From: Catajapyx aquilonaris
Lineage: Eukaryota
Reading direction: 5' to 3'
Assembly (NCBI GenBank): GCA_000934665.2
Contig: KZ538883.1
Location: forward strand, 1-42,580
DNA: 42,580 nt
In this document: positions 11,090-21,324 of the stretch, piece by piece
Position numbering within the stretch: the stretch's first letter is position 1
Layout of the letters: each line of letters begins with the position of its first letter
The notes under the pieces: generated by a model
Seen by the model: the letters and a program-made list of their open reading frames with translations, nothing else
The model's database searches: none
What the model was told of the DNA's origin: nothing
Program-made: the position numbers and the translations under genes

Positions 11090-11700
11090 ACCCGCCGTCC
11101 CGTTAACACGCAAATGATGGCAAATACACCGACCTTCAGACAAGTCGAAGCCCTTTCGAATTCAACAGGTCCGCTGGCGAAGGCCCTCAACCTCGAGTCT
11201 AGATGGGTAGAAACAGCGACTCACCACCTCACTCCACACTGCTGTCGGCTAGTGGTCGACAAGAACGTCTGATGATAAGAATGCAGTTGCCAGATGAAGC
11301 TCCTCTTTCACTTTAACATCGGTATCATTTTAAAGATGATTACTGATTATACCTATAGTAAATTTAAATACAAGGCAGAATTGTATCAATATTGCGTAAT
11401 ATCATCAAAATAACGATCCTCATGAAGTACTAGTAGGCAAAAAGGGCTGGAATGTATACCACAGGTAGTAGGCAATCTATTCAGTAGTTCGAACTAGAGC
11501 CGACTTCGAGTCTTCGACGAAACGTTTCGAAAGGTTCACGAGTTTGGTCCAAATTCTAACTGGACTATGAGGATCTGCTGCTGCTACTCGTGAAGTAAGC
11601 AGAGCCTTAGAAGGTATTATGTGTGTCCTGCATGTCCGCGAATTCGAGAATGGGTAAGTGGGCGGTAGCATGCTAGTAGCCTACTCGTGCATTCCAGCAC
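11090..11700. promoter_or_regulatory. CpG-rich putative bidirectional promoter region
   Basis: Local CpG enrichment against CpG-poor flanks; outward-facing splice donors on each side (- strand G|GTGAGT at 11225/11224, + strand G|GTAAGT at 11653/11654). Confidence 0.45.
11480..11653 (+). other. Probable non-coding first exon of the ZNF106-like gene (5' boundary approximate), spliced to 12088
   Basis: CpG-rich sequence ending at donor TGG|GTAAGT (11653/11654); acceptor tttcaag| at 12087, 15 nt before the ATG. Confidence 0.5.
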
Positions 11701-12102
11701 TGGCACCTAAGTCAGTAGTGGGTCCAAGCAGACGAAATGAACTAAAGATCAACAATTATTCAGTTGCAATGTGCTAGCACAAATGGAAAACATCCTGAGT
11801 GGGCACATGCAGTATTGTGCCTAATGGAAGCCTGAAATAACAGGTACTTAGTGTGACTGATTATGGGGTGTGGTCATGTGGAGGTTGACAGAAAATGGTA
11901 ATTTGCTTGAAATGTCAACCTGAACTTCAGAATAATATTACAAAACACAACCCCTCTATCGATATCGAGCAATATGCCATGTTTTAGAGAAATTTTACAA
12001 AGGTGTTTCGTGCCATCAAGCACGTATATCAGTTTGCCTAAAATTTAAACATGTGATTGCCATTGTAACAAAATCATTGATTTCAAGGAGTGGGCCACCT
12101 AA

Positions 12103-14394
12103 ATGGATCAGCGTGGAAATTTCTACCACCGACCACGTTTTCAGCCGCCAAGGCCTGACTGGAACTATAGACCCTGCCATGGATCATATTGGCAAGATAA
12201 TTGGAACCAAGGACGACTCCATCCACCAGGCGTAGTTCAAAATAGACCACCCCTCTTCGTGTGGCAGCCATCACACAACCAGCATGGTAATTGGAGCTCA
12301 GCAAAGAAACAGGGGAAGAATGGCACCCCTTCCCAGAAAAAGAAAAACAAGGTAAAGGAACCTGAAAAAATATTGCCAGGCTCGGAAGAAGCAAGAAAAC
12401 GTAAGCGAGAGGAAACAGCCAGCAAAATAAAAGAGTCACTGATGGCACTTAAAAAAGCAGGTGGAATTAAATCACCCAGAACTGTAATGGGAAAATCTCA
12501 AGAAGAAGCATCACTATGCCAAACTCATGGTCAGACACGAAAGAAGGCATTGCCTTCTACACACACAAAAAAACCATTGCTTCCACAACCCCTCTCCATT
12601 AACAATCTAGCAAGTCGTTTAGCTTCCTTGGATGCCACTCGCCTCACGTATATGGTGAACAGCAAATCTGGGAAGTATCAACGGGTGATGCAGTTTTTAA
12701 TGCGGCGCCAACGCATTCTAGCTGCAAGACGACTGGCACGGATGAGGTTTGGTGACTTTTCAAGCACACCTGCTGCAACAGATGATGTTAACAGTGGAAT
12801 TCAGGTTCTCCAAAACTTGCAAGCAGTTGATCTTGATGACTTTCCACCTGAGATGTTACATCAACTAAATTGTTTGCTTCAAGAAGAGGATTGTGGAAGG
12901 ATTGAGGGCAATTCTGAGTCTGATTCTGATTGTGTTTTAATGGAACCACCTCCACCACTCACAATTAGTGTTGATTCTGATCAAGAATATGATGAAATAG
13001 TTGGGGGTAGTAAAGAGCCAAAAAAAGAGGTTGTGGAGTCACAAGACATGCCTGACCAAGTTTTTCAATGTGCTAATTTGAATCTAGTGGTAACTTCTCC
13101 AGAAGAAAGAATTTCTGATACTAATTTGGTCAGTGTCAAGAAAAGCCCTTCATGGGAATCTTTGAATGACTGCAACGGAGAGGGTGACTTGTTAGAGCAT
13201 GACCCTGTTGATGCCAGTAACAGTAATATGGCAGCAGAAAGTCCCCAGCTGATTTTCTCACCAGTCACTCCTGAATACATCCAAACTACAAGTTATAAGG
13301 ACATCCCGTTGATGAAGAGCAATGACTGCCGTACACAGAAAAGCAATTTTCAAACAATGAGCAGAGACTCGGAAGATGGGGAGAGGAATTTCCCAACAGT
13401 GACAAGTGTCTCTGAGATGGAGGAAAGCAATTTCCCAACAGTGACAAGTGTCTCTGAGATGGAGGAAAGCAATTTCCAAGCAGTGAAGCACTTTGAAAGG
13501 ATGAAAAGAGAAAAAGCAACAGAAAGCAGTTTCCAAGAGCTGGAGCGCAGTAGTTATTACAATGATGACCATGTGACTTCTCCAGCCTCGTTGACTACAA
13601 TAGTGGAATCTCATATAGCTTCTCCTCCGTCAGACCTGACGGATGTGCCTGGGACAGAAATGTACACAGAAGATGGTGAATCAGGTAGTCCTGACATGAT
13701 GGCCTTATCAAAGTTGAGTGAAGAGCAGCTCCAGATGAAGCTCAAAGTAGTAGACTGGGAGTTGAGTCGACAGGCAGCCTTGAGGATATCATTGGTACAG
13801 GAGCTAGCAAGCCGAAGAGGCAGCAATGAAGCCAGTCCATCGTCCAATGTAATAATAATTTCACCAGTTATGACCACGCTCGCTGAGAAACCACTCGAGA
13901 AAAAGACACATAATTCACATTCAATGAAGAGAGACATAATCCCCCTTCCAGAGGGGAAACAAAGTGATGAGCAAGCCCAAATTGAACCAATGGTAGATCT
14001 CATTGAAAACTTGTGTATGATGGACCATAATGGTGCTGTCTTGGATATTAAGGTGGCATATCCCTTCTTGTTCACTGCTTCTGAAGATGGTACAGTGCGC
14101 TGTTATCGTCTGGGTACACGTGAATCAGTGCGTGTTTACAATGGGCACCGGTCATCTGTGAGATGTTTGTTCCTGGACACCTCCCAGCAACCTGTTTCAG
14201 ATCGACTCTTTGAACTGGTGGAGTTAAGAGTGTTCACTGGATGCCATGATAAGAGGTTAAGGGAGTTTGCAGCTGCCACTGGTGAGATAATATCTTCAGT
14301 AGAGGTCATGGGTGAAATTTGGTGCCTGGATCTGAATTGGGGGCATGTCTTTATGGGACTCTCAGAGGGATACATCACATCATTCAATATGCAG
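12103..14394 (+). CDS. ZNF106: ZNF106-like WD40 protein, first coding exon (764 codons: low-complexity/acidic region, then first WD40 repeats)
   Basis: 776-aa ORF; ATG 12103 directly follows an in-frame TAA; WD40-like HNGAVLDIKVAYPFLFTASEDGTVRCY...GHRSSVRCL; strong donor CAG|GTGAGT at 14394/14395, phase 0. Confidence 0.9.
13345..13477 (+). repeat. 42-bp in-frame coding tandem repeat
   Basis: Two identical units 13387-13470 (NFPTVTSVSEMEES), a diverged unit at 13345 and a partial at 13471. Confidence 0.92.
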
Positions 14395-15362
14395 GTGAGT
14401 TATAAATGGCAACAATATCCTCCTGAGACCTGAGAAGAATTTTTTAACGCAATGTCAGTTCCTATTGCATTTTCTGAACATGTTCCCAATAAGAAACGAG
14501 AAATAATTTTTAGTTTTAAAATATCGACAAAAATGGCGACAAACAACCAATGAGTACATTAGGACCCAATTGGTGCTACAAAAGCAGAACGGATGAAAGC
14601 TGAAAATTGAAATACCACTTAATGGATCACTCACATAGTGCTCTATTATCCAAACAATGTTTTTTAAATTCATTTGTGGAATTAGTGGTAGCAATTCCTC
14701 TCAGAAGACAATTAAAGATAAATGAAATCATTTTTTAACGCCACCACTCCAGGCATGGGGCTTGCTCCTTCCCTTCTTACCCCATAGCATGGTACCTAGC
14801 TATTCTAGATTTTAAAACTGAACTGTATAATGTAAAGCACACTTCCTTATGGGTGTATAGGTACAGGCACGTAAAGAAAAGTCACACCCATTCAGCTAAA
14901 AATGCCATTTTTCGGATGTCCATTTAAATGGGCATTTGGTCTCAGGAAGAAAAGAAAATGACCAGTTCTCTACAGCAACAAAGATTGTCCCAGAATCATC
15001 TTTTTGCAGTTCCTAAGACACATTCCTTGCGAATCCCAGGACATTCACTGCATTGCGAAAATCGCATTCTAAATATGAGTAAAAAAATAAAACTGATCAG
15101 ATGAGCGCCTAGCTTCAGCAGCGGAATCCGCCATTTTGTCCGCGATTTAATTTTCGCGGCCCAAGCCAGATATTCGACGCTAGGTGGCTACAGCTATTGA
15201 GGCCAGATTGTAACCATGGGATACCAGCATATTACAGTTCTGTTGGCATCACTGGTTGGCGCCAAAAAAATCTTTTGCTGATGTCGACATATGTCAACAC
15301 CAGGTCTGAGGAGGATATAATCAGAACAGCTGATCTTCCGTTATTCAATGTCAGCCCTTTAA

Positions 15363-16387
15363 GGTGGAAATGAAGCTAGAGTCACTCAATGAGAATTTTA
15401 TGAAAAAAACATATGTTACGCAGTTTTGTGTCCTCTTATCAATGGTGCAAAGAAAAATACACGTCACCGTGCAAATTAGCGAACTAGAGGGCTCAGAAGT
15501 TCGCGATTTAACATGGGCCCTTATGGCAGAATTTTCAATAGTCCACAAAAAAATGATAAGCAAATGAGAATTTTAAAATTTAATGTGGAATATGTCGGGA
15601 ATTATATACTGATCGTAACCGCAAAAAGAAAAACCTGCCTCACCGTGCTCTTTCAATTTGTATTGCTGAAAAACGATCCGAAAATGATCCAGTGACGTCA
15701 CATTGCTCCACTCGAGTGAGGACGTGGCAACATAGCGTTGTTTACGGTAGCGAGATACGGTTGTATACGACCGCGAAATATGAGTGTAAGTTAGTATGAT
15801 GGTTTTTACAATGGCTCACACAGGATTTTCGTTTGGCGGGGGTGTTTGTCAGACGTCAGAACCGTTATATTAGTTTATATAGTTATAATTATAATATAAT
15901 AATCGAATCATTCGAATCCACCCGGCAATGACGTCACATTGCTACGCGATAATTGGCCCGGACCTTTGCTGCGTTGCCGCTTCTATCTGCCACACGCGTA
16001 CCAACTGAACGTGTTCCAAATCCGACACAAATGAAGAGCTACAGGCTCCCCTTTCGGAACTAAACTTTTAAAAATGCCATGACAAATTGGGACCTCGTAA
16101 TTACGACCGAATAAAATCGATTTTCATCAAAAATAACAAATATGAAGCACACCTCCAAATACCATGTTTACGTTGGCAGTCGTGAAAATTGCGCCTGCGC
16201 ACAAAAACTTGCAGCCGGTAATAGGCCCATATTAAATCGAGTTTAAAACGCAGATTCGAATGGAATGCATAGGATTGAACAGCATTTACTGCTGCATCGG
16301 TTGCGTATGTTTCCCTGATTTTAGCCCTTCTTATTAACATTCCAATTCTAGACTCTCATTTGATTAGCAAGTCGCTTCATTTCCACC
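15363..16387. mobile_element. Kolobok-type non-autonomous element in ZNF106 intron
   Basis: TTAA|GGTGGAAATGAAGC...GCTTCATTTCCACC|TTAA (14-bp perfect TIR, RR...YY ends). Confidence 0.8.
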
Positions 16388-16624
16388 TTAAAGCCACCTC
16401 AAACTCACCTCAAACTCGCATGCTTACGAAACTAGTGTTTTTCAATCACTATTCTATGCTATTCTAGCTCTCTTTTGTAACGTCAATTACCCTGTCCTAT
16501 ACTACTCAACCATGATGCCTACTGTGACATAGTTCTCCCATTACTCCTGGAGGCTATCTTGGCGAGCTTTAGGGAATAATCTGGACACTAGAAGGTCTTC
16601 TCAATATGTGTGGTTATTGAAGTA

Positions 16625-16977
16625 CACTGTACTCCTGATTATCTGGGTGCGGATTATCTGTGTTGCGGGTTATCTGTGCATTGCCAAAAACAAAAGTTAG
16701 GAAAAAAAATACAAAAGAATGTCCACATGTCTCACATAAAAAGTCATATAACATACTTTGTCCAGAAGACAAAATTAAAATCTATGGTAAATTTTATTAA
16801 TTTGATTAAACCTTATTTAAAGTAGCATACACTATGTACAGTAGTTCATTAATAACCTCTGAATAGCTCATTTAAAGGTATCTAGGACCACTTTCGGATT
16901 ACCTGTGTTTTCCGATTATCCGGCTACACCCATGAATCAGCATGAATTCATTAGCACGGATAATCGGGAGTACAGTG
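16625..16977. mobile_element. pogo/Tigger-type MITE
   Basis: TA|CACTGTACTCC(T/C)GATTATC...GATAATCGGGAGTACAGTG|TA with subterminal GATTATC repeats. Confidence 0.88.
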
Positions 16978-17862
16978 TATTCATGATAATGTGCACTTTG
17001 AATCCGAATCCAGCTCAAAATTTTAAAAATTACAAAAAGTTATAAAGAGTAATTTTGTGGATGGTAGTGTGTTGTTGTGGTTAGCCTTCGTACAGTTTTC
17101 CAAGTTGCCTTTTTTAGCAACTCCTACTGTGCATAGAATTTCAAATCAGGTGACTTAGGACACTACACTGTCATACTTTCGAAAAACATGATATTTGCAC
17201 GTAATGGTAAGGTCGGGTTACTAAGTGGGTCGCCTAGAAACTTGACCTTCCCGCCCTGTGCAGATGCAATGTTTTCCGAAAGTACCGCAGTGCAGCCCTT
17301 TATTTTATACATCTATTGCTTCAATTTTCACTTAAATAGGAGTTATGAACGATATTATTGGGCTTGTGACCTTTTTTCTTATTCTCATAAAATCTTAGGG
17401 CATTTATCAAGGGACTTATATAGTGCTTGGTGCACTTCAATGGAGACAATCAGAGTGAGGAGAGCAGCAGGCATGCTGCTCGTGCTGGCATTGGACAGCC
17501 GGAAGCCTTGATGATGACTTTTTTTTTTTTTTTTTTGCCTCGTATTGTAGATGAATTATTTGTATCAAAAATTGTATCAGAAGAATCAAGGAAATTGTCT
17601 CCTCGGTTAAAAGAGTCACAAAAAATCCTGGTTGCATCTGCATTCATCTTTTACCAGTGCCCCCTTCCCCAGTGTTTAAAAATGGTCTTCTGATTGTGAC
17701 CCCTTCCCTGCAACAGCAGCAGTTCCCTTATTTTTGAAAGTGAAAAGGATTTCTTCTTGAAAGAATTTGAGTCACTTCATACCAGAGTGGATATACCAGA
17801 ATCAAATGTTATTTTATGTGATTGCATTTATGCACCTTATAAAATGCCAATTTTCTTTACAG

Positions 17863-18001
17863 ACCCGTGTGTTGAATGTTACACCTATTTCGTGTGGTGC
17901 TGAACCCATAATCTCGTTGAAAACTACGACTGAAGGTGGCAGACGAGTTTTGATTATTGTTCCGCGTGATCACAGCATATCTATAAGAGATGCATTTTCA
18001 G
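17863..18001 (+). CDS. ZNF106: ZNF106-like coding exon 2
   Basis: Acceptor ttttctttacag|; TRVLNVTP...TTEGGRRVLIIVPRDHSISIRDAFSG resembles the recalled ZNF106 segment [25 protein letters not shown]; donor G|GTAGGA, phase 1. Confidence 0.9.
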
Positions 18002-18050
18002 GTAGGATTATCTTACAACATTGAAGTTATTTGCATATTGAATAATATTA

Positions 18051-18310
18051 CCGTGAAACCTGTACATAGTGAAATCACTCCATTCCACACCAAAAATTCT
18101 CTGATAGACAATGTGATAGACCTGATCTTGGTTTGGTGAATTTGTAAAACAGCCTTTACTGCACTTATTCATGATGGGTTTTACTTACTGAGGGACCAGC
18201 GGGTTTCACTATATCAGACAAAAATATGTGGGGAATCTAGCAAGCTGCCAGAGCAATTTCCAGTGGACAAGTTTCCACTATATTCAGGGTCCACTAGGCA
18301 GGTTTCACAG
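18051..18310. mobile_element. pogo-type MITE filling most of a ZNF106 intron
   Basis: TA|CCGTGAAACCTG...CAGGTTTCACAG|TA. Confidence 0.75.
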
Positions 18311-18356
18311 TAATGAGGACAAGCCGTGAAGTGACACAAATATCTTTTCTTTTCAG

Positions 18357-18475
18357 GCCTATTACTGAGGACATTCCAAAGTCATTCACTAAATTCAGCA
18401 TGCTGCATGCTTCTTGATGCAGGTTGGCTGTATTGCTCCACTATCAGCCAGACCATAGAGTTGAGAGAATTTTCT
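18357..18475 (+). CDS. ZNF106: ZNF106-like coding exon 3
   Basis: Acceptor tcttttcttttcag|; phase-1 join gives GLLLRTFQSHS...ELREFS (cf. ZNF106 GLLLRTLEGHS); donor |GTAAGT. Confidence 0.9.
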
Positions 18476-18546
18476 GTAAGTTTACTATTACATGATGATA
18501 AGTGTATATTTTGACATGTTAAATCTTTTTTTTTCCAAATGTCAAG

Positions 18547-18663
18547 AGTGGTGTGGTATGCAGCACATTCCATCCAGGAGGTGTCATCACGGCAATGGCT
18601 CTATGGCAACAATACATTATGGCAGCCTCTCTTGATGGCTACATTTATGTCTTCCAGTGCAGT
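18547..18663 (+). CDS. ZNF106: ZNF106-like coding exon 4
   Basis: 71-nt intron with T-tract, acceptor aag|; SGVVCSTFHPGGVITAMALWQQYIMAASLDGYIYVFQCS is WD40-like; donor |GTGAGT. Confidence 0.85.
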
Positions 18664-19250
18664 GTGAGTTTCATTGGTCTCTTTATTGTAAGATAATATG
18701 ACAAGAGCACAAGTGTCAGCATTCCAATCATATAAGTCTGTAAGGTATTATGGAAGTGACTTGAGCATTGTAAACATGTTGTATCAAAGTGCATAGATTA
18801 TAAGTTGTTTTATTTATTTATTTATATATATTTTTTAATACACCGTGCTAGGGCTCTTCGGGGGGAAGGGGAGGTTCCCAAGGGAGGGCGCTGAATTTTT
18901 AGTCATTTCTGACTCTGTGAAATACACCAGACCTTTTCTGGTGGCCCCAGGCAGAGTAGGGAGTGCAATTCTGCCTCGGTAAATCCCCTGCAAATAGAAT
19001 GGGGATTTTCCAAAAGAACCGGGGGTTTTGCTCGGTGAAACCGGCCATAAGAAAAATAAATGTAGTTTCAGGGCTTTTTATAGGTAGCTGTAGATTTGCA
19101 AATTTCAGTCTAGGTGTAAAAAAGTATATTTTAAGTTTACATCATAGTGCTTTGTAGCAGAGCTCAATTTTAGGACTGGCCTGTTACAATAACATTGTTG
19201 TTAGCGATAAGATTTTTTATTTCAAATGGCACTGTGAACTCATACTGGTA

Positions 19251-19413
19251 CAGTGTTGGGACATTAATCGCGTCGTACTGCTAGCGACATTTTCTGAAGG
19301 GGCAGAAGAACGAATCTTGCTCGCTTGGCTCGCACTATCCATTGCTTCGATTAGTTCTTCTGCTGCTTTGGAAAATGTCGCTAGAAGTATGAAGCGATTA
19401 ATGTCCAACACTG
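19251..19413. mobile_element. Tc1-like foldback MITE
   Basis: TA|CAGTGTTGG(G)ACATTAATCGC...GCGATTAATGTCCAACACTG|TA. Confidence 0.88.
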
Positions 19414-19537
19414 TACATATCAGATCTTACCTTATGCTACTGAACCACTGTCGATGCATTATAATAGGACATTGAATATTTTAATTCAAGGTTTCATAAT
19501 CTTTCCCTGTATATTTACGATCCACATTATGTTGCAG

Positions 19538-19609
19538 ACGAGGGATCTTGTTGCCAAAGTACGTGGTGCTGGATTGATGATTCAATGTCTTGCCATTTCC
19601 AACGGAAAG
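19538..19609 (+). CDS. ZNF106: ZNF106-like coding exon 5
   Basis: Acceptor ttgcag|; TRDLVAKVRGAGLMIQCLAISNGK; donor AAG|GTTTGT, phase 0. Confidence 0.85.
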
Positions 19610-19670
19610 GTTTGTTGATCTTGTTGATCTTTTTTATATAGCTTAATTGAAATATTTTTCTTTTCCACAG

Positions 19671-19748
19671 ATTTTCTCAGGAAATACAAGTGGGTATGTG
19701 CAAATTCAGGATATTGAGAGTATCCCAGAATTAAGGGACTTATGTTAG
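19671..19748 (+). CDS. ZNF106: ZNF106-like terminal coding exon
   Basis: Acceptor tttttcttttccacag|; IFSGNTSGYVQIQDIESIPELRDLC then TAG 19746-19748; completes the last WD40 strand. Confidence 0.8.
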   Translation: MFSGNTSGYVQIQDIESIPELRDLC

Positions 19749-19921
19749 TTTTTTTCCTGGCGCCAGTTTCATAAGTCATACTGTGAAAAAATATGTCGTT
19801 GATAAGCTTAAGAACAAATGTTCATAACACATGATTTCTAAATATCTTTCGTTACAGTTACACTATTCAAGAAAGAATTGCTACATTATTTTTGGTTATT
19901 TGTTGGTAAGATAACAATGAA

Positions 19922-19927
19922 AATAAA
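19922..19927 (+). terminator. Candidate polyadenylation signal of the ZNF106-like gene
   Basis: AATAAA ~175 nt after the stop, followed by GT-rich ttggtgtgatgt. Confidence 0.55.
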
Positions 19928-20031
19928 AGTTTCACTTTCATTGGTGTGATGTATCAATTTGGTATTTTAAAAATTGCTTGTCATGAGATGGCAATTTGGA
20001 TCTTTTAAAGAAATATAGGAAATGGCCTCTA

Positions 20032-20188
20032 CAGAGTGGTATCATCAGTCCAAAAAGAATTGTCCCTCGCGTCGAGCGGGCAGCCACGCGTCAGGATGAA
20101 AGGAACCAGTTAACTGGTTGCTTTCATCCTGACGCGTGGCTACCCGCTCGACGCGAGGGACAATTCTTTTTGAACTGTTGATACACTG
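20032..20188. mobile_element. Palindromic MITE (copy 2 of the 5038 family)
   Basis: Same sequence, centred on GTTAAC 20109-20114. Confidence 0.88.
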
Positions 20189-20193
20189 CCTAG

Positions 20194-20346
20194 GTGAACT
20201 TCAATGGTGGGGCAGAGTAAAAGAGGACAAATTACTTGCTTCAGTAATGCTTATGCCTAAGGATTTATCAGTGGCAATATGCATGCATGATTCGAGCAAG
20301 TAATTCGGATCATGTTTTACCCTGCCCCACCATTGGAGGAGTTCAC
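20194..20346. mobile_element. Small foldback MITE
   Basis: GTGAACT..CAATGGTGGGGCAG.GTAAAA...TTTTACCCTGCCCCACCATTG..AGTTCAC. Confidence 0.75.
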
Positions 20347-20455
20347 TTGTTGGAGTGTACTACCATGTAGTGTAGAGTGTACTTGCCATATTTCCATCCA
20401 TCACATTCTACCTTCCCCTTCCCCTATTGTTGAAGATGTTCACTTGGGATATGTA

Positions 20456-21324
20456 CAGTCTTGTTCATAAGAATGGTACAATTCTATGGACGAAATGTTT
20501 GTCCTGATTATTATCCAGCATTATTCCCAACCTTATTTTGATGGAACCCTCAACCAGGTGCAATGCTTACGTAGATTTGATGTGAATTTCCCCACTAAAA
20601 TTTTCCTACTTTGATTTGTTTTTTTCCTCTCTTTTTTATTTTATTTTGATTCCCTTTTTATGGACTTCCTCATGAGTCATGACCCCTAGAAACTTGCTGG
20701 CGACCCAGGGGTTGAGAACAGGATAAACATTTCCTCCATATACAGGGTGTTTCAGAGTCACGGGTCAAGCGCGTGCAAGGGGGTTGGGAAAAATCGTAGG
20801 TGGCGACAACCCTGGTCGGTTTATAAAACAATTAGAAATACGGCAGTAATCAAACGGCAGTACGGCATGACGTCACATCCTTTCTGTTCGAACTGAGTGG
20901 CGCGGACTGGCAGGTTGAACCTGGTTGAACAGCTTTTTAGCCTTGCGGGCTGCACTGAAAAAGGAGCTCTCATGCTACACAGGCAGGGTACTGAACACAC
21001 TACTGTACAGTAGTACACTACTTTGTACAGTACCCTGCTGGTGTAGCATGAGAGCGCCTTTTCCGGTGCAACCCGCAAGGCTAAAAAGCCGTTCAACCAG
21101 GTTCAACCTGCCCGTCTGCGCCACTCAATTCGAACAGAAAGGATGTGACATCACACCGTATGGCCGTAATAAATAAATTATTGATTACTGCTGTATTTAT
21201 AATTGTTTTATAAAACCGACCGGGGTTGTCGCCACCTAGGATTTTTCCCCACCACCTCGTGCGCGCTTGACCCGTGACTCGGAAACACCCTGTAGAGTCG
21301 TACCATTCTTCATAAACGGTACTG
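20456..21324. mobile_element. Older Tc1-like MITE hosting nested insertions
   Basis: TA|CAGT...AAGAATGGTAC at left and GTACCATTCTT...ACTG|TA at right. Confidence 0.6.
20743..21292. mobile_element. 550-bp Tc1/mariner-type foldback MITE
   Basis: TA|CAGGGTGTTTC...GAAACACCCTG|TA; arms pair almost to the centre near 21010. Confidence 0.92.

Noticed and set aside
11567..11653. Selenoprotein (in-frame TGA after CCCYS)
   Set aside because: The frame hits TAA soon after, there is no recognisable selenoprotein family, and no SECIS was identified
11957..11964. DRE promoter element TATCGATA
   Set aside because: Single intronic 8-mer ~450 bp from the putative start, in a context resembling a transposon-end fragment
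14395..14433. ORF-track C-terminus VSYKWQQYPPET of the 776-aa ORF
   Set aside because: Intron read-through past a consensus donor; WD40 repeats continue in later exons
20821..21176. Paired similar ORFs on opposite strands (also 5023-5312)
   Set aside because: By-product of palindromic MITE symmetry
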